From the NCBI GenBank assembly GCA_964458325.1, contig CAYWIM010000001.1:4975-68974 (forward strand): a stretch of DNA of 64,000 nt, in the 5' to 3' direction. Of this stretch, positions 58,561-64,000 are shown in pieces. This stretch comes from an uncultured Verrucomicrobiota bacterium. GTDB taxonomy: Bacteria; Verrucomicrobiota; Verrucomicrobiia; Limisphaerales; UBA1319. The notes beneath the pieces were generated by a model. It saw only the letters and a program-made list of their open reading frames with translations. It did not search any database and was not told where the DNA came from. Position 1 is the first letter of the stretch; the number at the start of each line of letters is the position of its first letter. The position numbers were made by a program, and so were the translations under genes.

Positions 58561-59558
58561 ACCGGCGCGAAAAGACATTGGCGATGGCGGTGGGATGTCT
58601 GGGGGTGGCGTTGGCGTTGGTTTGGCTGTTCCATTGGCTGGTGGTTAAGCCCTGGCGCGACGCCGATCGCCAGACCGCCAGCTTGCGGGATCGTCTGCAG
58701 CAGGTCGCGGAAGAGCGGCAGGCATTCTTCACGGCCCAGCGCTACCTCGAGGGAGTGGTCACTAACACCTTCCATTCGGATCCCGAAGTGGCGGCCGCTA
58801 CGGCCGGGAAACTCCTCACGGACCTGATTTCCCAGCTCGGATTGTCCGACGCTCAATTCACCCGGATCCCATCCGGACCGCGGCGTCTGCGAGGCGCCCA
58901 GGAGGTCGGGTGGACGGTCCAGGGCGAAGGGCCGATGGCGCGGATCGTCGACCTGTTGTTCTCTTTGGAGAAGGGCAGCCTGGTTCATCGGATCGACAAC
59001 CTGGTGCTCACGGCGGCGGATCGGCCGGGGCGGGTCAAGGCCCGTTTCCGCTATCTGACCCTGGTGGTGGATCCGCCGCCGGCCGCCATTCCTCTGGATC
59101 CGGCGCCCGAAGTGGCGATGGACCGGTCCGCGCGGGGCCGGTACGATCTCATCGTCGATCGGGATCTATGGCGGCCTTACATTCGGCGGGCGGTGGCCGC
59201 ATCGGAGCCGTCGGCTCCTCGATCGATGTCGCCCCCATCAACGGATTCGGGGCCGAGACTGAACCTGTTGAAGGTGGTGTCGCTGTCCGAGTGGCGGGGT
59301 GTGCCCGAGGTGCACATCTGCGACACAACGTCGATGCGGATCCAGCGGTATCATCCGGGTGACGAGCTGGCCGGGGCCCGGGTTGTGATGATTGATTACC
59401 GGCGGCGTCCGCGTTCGGACAAGCCGGATCTGTGGTCGGCCAGCCGAGTGATCCTGCGCTGGGGGAGCGAGTATTGGGCCGTCGAACACGGTCAAACCCT
59501 GGCTGATAAACATCTGCTTTCGCCCGGCGATTTGCCGCCGGACATGCCGGAATCTTGA
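58557..59558 (+). CDS. GspM/PilO-like protein fused to a PilP/GspC-HR-like C-terminal domain (333 aa)
   Basis: ATGA overlap with the gspL-like gene. N-terminal TM plus coiled coil plus PilO/GspM-like fold (GPMARIVDLLFSLEKGSLVHRIDNLVL). The C-terminal LKVVSLSEWRGVPEVHICDTTSMRIQRYHPGDELAGARVVMIDYR...RVILRWGSEYWAV matches the PilP/GspC HR beta-sandwich pattern. Confidence 0.6.
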   Translation: MNRREKTLAMAVGCLGVALALVWLFHWLVVKPWRDADRQTASLRDRLQQVAEERQAFFTAQRYLEGVVTNTFHSDPEVAAATAGKLLTDLISQLGLSDAQFTRIPSGPRRLRGAQEVGWTVQGEGPMARIVDLLFSLEKGSLVHRIDNLVLTAADRPGRVKARFRYLTLVVDPPPAAIPLDPAPEVAMDRSARGRYDLIVDRDLWRPYIRRAVAASEPSAPRSMSPPSTDSGPRLNLLKVVSLSEWRGVPEVHICDTTSMRIQRYHPGDELAGARVVMIDYRRRPRSDKPDLWSASRVILRWGSEYWAVEHGQTLADKHLLSPGDLPPDMPES

Positions 59559-59572
59559 ACGGTCATTGGCTT

Positions 59573-62500
59573 ATGAACAACGCGACATGGATATTGCTGG
59601 TGACGCTCCTGGTCCTGCACGGTGACGGACCGGTGGCGGCGGCTGAGGCGGCGGCGGAGAGCGGCGCAATCGCAACGCCGTCCCCGGCGGTCGTGGCCGC
59701 GGCCACGAACGCGCTCGCATCGGCCAGCGGCAGCCAGACCAACCTGGCGGCAGCGGCTAGCGGCAGCCAGACCAACCTGGCGGCAGCGGCCAGTGGGAGC
59801 CAGACGAACCTGGCGGCAGCGGCCAGTGGGAGCCAGACGAATCTGGCGGCAGTGGCCAGTGGGAGCCAAACGAACCTAGCGGTTTCTCTGGATGCAGCGA
59901 AGCCATCCGCTTCGTCGCGCGACATCCGTTTCCAGTTCGACGGCATACCTTACACGGACGTGGTGACGCGGTTCGCGCAGATGGTGAACAAGCCGTTGCT
60001 GGGAGATTTGAAGATCGACGGTACGCTGCAGTTTATCGATCCGCAGCCGTATACTTACAGCGAGGCGCTGGAGACACTGAACTTGATCCTGGCCACCAAG
60101 GGGATGATCCTGGTCGAGACGGGGCGCTATCTGCGGCTGGTGCCCATGAAGGAGCTGGCCCAGATGCCGCTCAAGATATTCCGGGGGCTGGATCGGACGG
60201 GGGAGACCTCGCCTGGCGAGGTGGTGACGGTGGTGCTTTCCCTGCAGAACCTCGAGGCGCAGGAGGTCTCGCAGACCATCACGCCCATGCTTTCGAGCGC
60301 CGGCTCGGTGGCGCCGCTCTCTCGCGGTCGCGGGGTGATCATCACCGACCAGCTGGGCAACATCCGCCGGATCCGCGATCTGCTTGCGGAGGTGGACACG
60401 GCGTCGCCGGTGCAGCGGCAGATGCGGACCTACACCCTGCTGCACTCTTCGGGGGCGGTGGTCTCGGACCTGATCAACAAGACATTTGGCCAGGCGACGG
60501 CCCCCAAGCGGGTCGAGTTCAACCAGCAATCGCGGCGGTACGAGGTGCTGCCGCCCGACCCCAGCGATTACGTGACGGCCATATTCGACGAGGCATCGCG
60601 GACGATGGTGCTGTATGGGCCGGCGGAGCGGGTCGATCTGGCCGAGAGCCTGATCAAGCGATTCGAGGATGAGGCCGGCTCGAAGGCGGGCGAGGTGCGC
60701 GTCTACCAGTCGCAGTCGATTCCGGCGGCGGATCTGGCGCGGCTGGTGCGCCAGGCGGTTCCGGGCGTGGCGGCCGAGAATGAATCGGGCAGCTCGGCGG
60801 CGACGAAGGCGCGGGTCATCGCGGATCCCGTGTCCAACCGGATCATCGTGACCGCGCCTGTGGCGGGGCAGCTGGACGCCATCGAAGCCCTGATCAAGCG
60901 GCTGGACGTGGGCAGCGACGGCGCCTTTCGGCAGCTGCGCACGCTGGCGCTCAAGCACACGTCGGCCACCGCCATGGCCAGCATGATCAGCCAGCTGTTC
61001 GCCCGTCAATATCGTGTGGAAGATCCTCATCAGCGCGTCATGGTCGCGGCGGCGCCGGACGATCGCACGCTGCTGATCGACGCCACAGGCACGACCTTCG
61101 ACAAGATCGAGGAGATGGTGCGGGGCCTGGATGTCGAGTCGGCGCGCGGCAGCTACGAGGTGCGAACCTACCGGCTGACCGGCTCGAACGCGGGCGAGCT
61201 GGCGCAGACGCTGGGCCGGCTGTATTCCGACCGCCAGGACCGCCGCCGGTTCGAGGAGAGCGGCGGGCTGTCGCCCCGGTTCGAGGCGGACACGGGGGCG
61301 AACGTCCTGATTGTGGCGGCGCCTCGAGTACATTTCGAGGCGATCGAAAAGCTGATCGAGGAGCTCCGCGCCCCCGCCGAGGTGGCGCAGGAAATCCGCA
61401 CCTTTCGCCTGCAGCACACGAGCGCGGAGCAGATGGCGTCCGTGCTCGAGAGCTTGCTGCGGGGCGAGCGCGGGATGAGCGGCTATCGATCCTATCAGCC
61501 ATACTATCCCCGATCCGGATCGGAGGTGGGGCGATTGCGGGTGATGGCGGCTCCGGGGGCCAACGCGGTTGTGGTTCAGGGGGCGCCGGAGAAACTGACG
61601 CAGGCCGAGGCCCTCATCCGCGAACTCGATCGCGCGGATGCCGCCGCAAGCCTCGAGGTGCGGACCTACCGGCTGACCGGCTCGAACGCGGGCGAGCTGG
61701 CCCAGACCCTGGCCCGGCTCTTCGGCGAGCGGCAGGGGCAGCGCCGGGCCGAGCCGGGAGCGATGGCGCCGCGGTTCGAGGCCGACACGGGCGCCAACGC
61801 GCTGATCGTGGCGGCGCAGCGCGAGCAGTTCGTGACGATCGAGAAGCTCATCGAGGAGCTGCGCACGCCGGCGGTGGTGACGAACGAGATCCGGACCTTC
61901 CGCCTGCGTCACACCACGGCTGATCAGCTGACGCCGGTGCTCGAGACGATGCTGCGCGGCGATGGCCGGTCCTATTCGGGCTATCGGTCGTACTACCCGC
62001 AGTATTCGTCCTACGGATCCCGGGGAGGAAGCGATGCGACCGGGTTGCGGATCAGCGGGGTGCCGGGAGCCAACGTCGTGGTGATTCAGGGGGCGCCGGA
62101 GAAACTGACGCAGGCCGAGGCGTTGATCCAGGCGCTGGATCAGCCTGAGAGCGCGACGAGCCTCGAGGTGCGGACCTACCGGCTGACCGGCTCGAATGCG
62201 GGCGAGCTGGCCCAGACCCTGGCCCGGCTTTTTGGCGAGCGGCAGGGGCAGCGCCGGGCCGAGCCGGGAGCGATGGCGCCGCGGTTCGAGGCCGACACAG
62301 GCGCCAACGCGCTGATCGTGGCGGCGCAGCGCGAGCAGTTCGAGGGGATCGAAAAGCTGATCGAGGAGCTCCGCGCGCCGGCGGTGGTGACGAATGAGAT
62401 CCGGACCTTCCGCCTGCGGCACACCACGGCCGACCAGGTGACGCCGGTGCTCGAGACGATGCTGCGCGGCGATGGCCGGTCCTATTCAGGCTATCGGTCG

Positions 62501-64000
62501 TATTCCTCGCCCTATGGCTATTCGCCCTACGGATCGCGAGGAGGGAGCGATACGACTGGGTTGCGGATCAGCGGGGTGCCGGGCGCCAACGTCGTGGTGA
62601 TTCAGGGGCCGTCCGAGAAACTGACGCAGGCCGAGGCGTTGATCCAGGCGCTGGATCAGCCCGAAAGCGCGACGAGCCTCGAGGTGCGGACTTACCGGCT
62701 GAGCGGATCGAACGCGGCCGAGCTGGCGCAGTCCCTGGCCCGGCTTTTTGGCGAGCGGCAGGGGCAGCGCCGGGCCGAGCCGGGAGCGATGGCGCCGCGG
62801 TTCGAGGCCGACACGGGCGCCAACGCGCTGATCGTGGCGGCGCAGCGCGAGCAGTTCGAGACGATCGAGAAGCTCATCGAGGAGCTGCGCGCGCCGGCGG
62901 TGACGGCCAACGAGATCCGGACCTTCCGCCTGCGGCACACCACAGCCGACCAGCTGACGCCGGTGCTCGAGGCGATGCTGCGCAGCGATGGACGGTCCTA
63001 TTCGGGGTATCGGCCGTATTCCTCGCCGTATGGCTACTCGCCCTACGGATCGCGGGGAGGAAGCGATGCCAGCGGGCTCCGGATCAGCAGCGTGCCCGGA
63101 TCCAACGCCGTGGTGGTTCAGGGTCCGTCCGAGAAACTGGCGCAGGCCGAGGCGCTGATCCAGGCGCTGGATCAGCCCGAGAGCGCATCGAGCTTCGAGG
63201 TGCGGACGTATCGGCTGACGAGCTCGAGCGCGGGTGATCTGGCGCAGTCCCTGGCGCGCCTGTTCAGCGAGCGGCAGGGGCAGCGGCGGGACGAGTCCAG
63301 GCTGCTGGCGCCGCGGTTCGAGGCGGACATGGGGGCCAACGCGCTGATCGTGGCGGCCGCGCGGGAGCAGTTCGAGGGGATCGAAAAGCTGATCGAGGAG
63401 CTCCGCGCGCAGAGCGAGGCGGCGGTCGAGATGCGCACGTTTCATCTGCAGTACACGACCGCCGATCAGATGACGATGGTGCTCGAGACGATGCTGCGCA
63501 GCGATGGCCGGTCGTCGTCGGGATATCGTCCTTATTACTCGCCGTATGGGGGTTTCCGGGGCGGGGGCGGCGATGCGACCGGGCTGCGGATCAGCGGGGT
63601 ATCGGGCGCCAACGCTGTGGTGGTTCAGGGCCCGCCCGCCAAGGTGGCGCAGGCCGAAGCCCTGGTCCGGGACCTGGACCGGCCGGATTCCGACCAGGCC
63701 ACAACCCTTCAAACCGTTCAGCTCAGGAGGGCGCAGGCCGAGCCGCTGTCCGAAGCGATCGCGCGGATTCTGAGCGGGCGGGCGCCGCCGAACCAGCCGC
63801 GCCGGGTGCAGGTCAGCGCCGTGCCGGGGTCGAACAGCCTGCTGGTGGATGGGCCGCCGGCCGAGGTGAAGGAAGTGATCCAGATCATCCGCCAGCTCGA
63901 CGAGGAGAGCGTGGATGGCGGCATCGAGATCCGGGTCTACCAGCTCGAGAATGGCGAGGCGCGCGAGCTGTCGCGCGTGGTCAGCGAGCTGCTGCAGAGC
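59573..64000 (+). CDS. gspD: Secretin (GspD/PilQ family), N-terminal 1476 codons; 3' end outside window
   Basis: Not in the ORF track because it has no stop in the window. I translated it by hand from ATG 59573. It has a signal peptide MNNATWILLVTLLVLHG, an N0-like domain (IRFQFDGIPYTDVVTRFAQMVNKPLL...GRYLRLVP), then >=16 Secretin_N-like modules ending in ...LI-x-x-LD. The frame is open through 64000. Confidence 0.85.
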   Translation, partial: MNNATWILLVTLLVLHGDGPVAAAEAAAESGAIATPSPAVVAAATNALASASGSQTNLAAAASGSQTNLAAAASGSQTNLAAAASGSQTNLAAVASGSQTNLAVSLDAAKPSASSRDIRFQFDGIPYTDVVTRFAQMVNKPLLGDLKIDGTLQFIDPQPYTYSEALETLNLILATKGMILVETGRYLRLVPMKELAQMPLKIFRGLDRTGETSPGEVVTVVLSLQNLEAQEVSQTITPMLSSAGSVAPLSRGRGVIITDQLGNIRRIRDLLAEVDTASPVQRQMRTYTLLHSSGAVVSDLINKTFGQATAPKRVEFNQQSRRYEVLPPDPSDYVTAIFDEASRTMVLYGPAERVDLAESLIKRFEDEAGSKAGEVRVYQSQSIPAADLARLVRQAVPGVAAENESGSSAATKARVIADPVSNRIIVTAPVAGQLDAIEALIKRLDVGSDGAFRQLRTLALKHTSATAMASMISQLFARQYRVEDPHQRVMVAAAPDDRTLLIDATGTTFDKIEEMVRGLDVESARGSYEVRTYRLTGSNAGELAQTLGRLYSDRQDRRRFEESGGLSPRFEADTGANVLIVAAPRVHFEAIEKLIEELRAPAEVAQEIRTFRLQHTSAEQMASVLESLLRGERGMSGYRSYQPYYPRSGSEVGRLRVMAAPGANAVVVQGAPEKLTQAEALIRELDRADAAASLEVRTYRLTGSNAGELAQTLARLFGERQGQRRAEPGAMAPRFEADTGANALIVAAQREQFVTIEKLIEELRTPAVVTNEIRTFRLRHTTADQLTPVLETMLRGDGRSYSGYRSYYPQYSSYGSRGGSDATGLRISGVPGANVVVIQGAPEKLTQAEALIQALDQPESATSLEVRTYRLTGSNAGELAQTLARLFGERQGQRRAEPGAMAPRFEADTGANALIVAAQREQFEGIEKLIEELRAPAVVTNEIRTFRLRHTTADQVTPVLETMLRGDGRSYSGYRSYSSPYGYSPYGSRGGSDTTGLRISGVPGANVVVIQGPSEKLTQAEALIQALDQPESATSLEVRTYRLSGSNAAELAQSLARLFGERQGQRRAEPGAMAPRFEADTGANALIVAAQREQFETIEKLIEELRAPAVTANEIRTFRLRHTTADQLTPVLEAMLRSDGRSYSGYRPYSSPYGYSPYGSRGGSDASGLRISSVPGSNAVVVQGPSEKLAQAEALIQALDQPESASSFEVRTYRLTSSSAGDLAQSLARLFSERQGQRRDESRLLAPRFEADMGANALIVAAAREQFEGIEKLIEELRAQSEAAVEMRTFHLQYTTADQMTMVLETMLRSDGRSSSGYRPYYSPYGGFRGGGGDATGLRISGVSGANAVVVQGPPAKVAQAEALVRDLDRPDSDQATTLQTVQLRRAQAEPLSEAIARILSGRAPPNQPRRVQVSAVPGSNSLLVDGPPAEVKEVIQIIRQLDEESVDGGIEIRVYQLENGEARELSRVVSELLQS
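59723..59887 (+). repeat. 33-bp (11-aa) tandem repeat x5 near the secretin N-terminus
   Basis: Five head-to-tail units starting at 59723, 59756, 59789, 59822 and 59855. They encode ASGSQTNLAAA x4 and then a degenerate fifth unit (ASGSQTNLAVS). Confidence 0.95.
61151..63700 (+). repeat. ~510-bp (~170-aa) tandem repeat x5 encoding paired secretin N-domain modules
   Basis: Unit starts (S-x-EVRTYRL) at 61151, 61649, 62159, 62675 and 63191, giving periods of 498/510/516/516 bp. Copies 2-4 are nearly identical at the DNA level. The periodic antisense ORFs in the track (61168, 61666, 62176, 62692, 63172) mirror the same period. Confidence 0.95.

Noticed and set aside
59723-63700. Regularly spaced direct repeats (33 bp, 66 bp, ~510 bp) as possible CRISPR or non-coding satellite arrays.
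   Set aside because: All repeats are in frame, have no unique spacers, and encode recognisable protein modules (linker, Pro-rich tail, secretin N-domains).

Overview
This is a GC-rich bacterial chromosomal segment. The gene content looks Verrucomicrobiota-like, but that is an inference only. It rests on a PEP-CTERM protein, a Tat-signal xylose-isomerase-like TIM barrel, and a four-gene prepilin cassette ending in a >1000-aa member. Housekeeping genes (guaA, rpsA, apbE, rny, rarA, a 5-formyl-THF cyclo-ligase, cytochromes, a sugar-activation operon) surround two large envelope-machinery loci. Locus 1 (16.3-39.3 kb) encodes gspE/pilB, pilT, a second gspE/pilB and pilC. These are followed by an embedded BrnT/BrnA toxin-antitoxin pair, six prepilin-type proteins (the last 1190 aa), and then directly a 2894-aa secreted subtilisin-like protease with nested repeat architecture. 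Locus 2 (51.1 to >64.0 kb) is gspF-G-H-I-J-K-L-M-D with no ATPase. It has PilM/PilN-like and PilO/PilP-like fusion proteins. Its secretin is still open at the window end after 1476 codons and contains five tandem copies of a ~170-aa double N-domain unit. Between the loci lies a ~1280-codon Ig/cadherin/Calx-beta surface-protein gene broken by one in-frame TAG. Many long ORFs in the track are antisense shadows of real genes, and several listed M starts are actually TTG or GTG, so starts were re-derived from the DNA. I recognised no rRNA, tRNA, CRISPR array or transposase by eye. All family assignments come from motif reading, not from searches.
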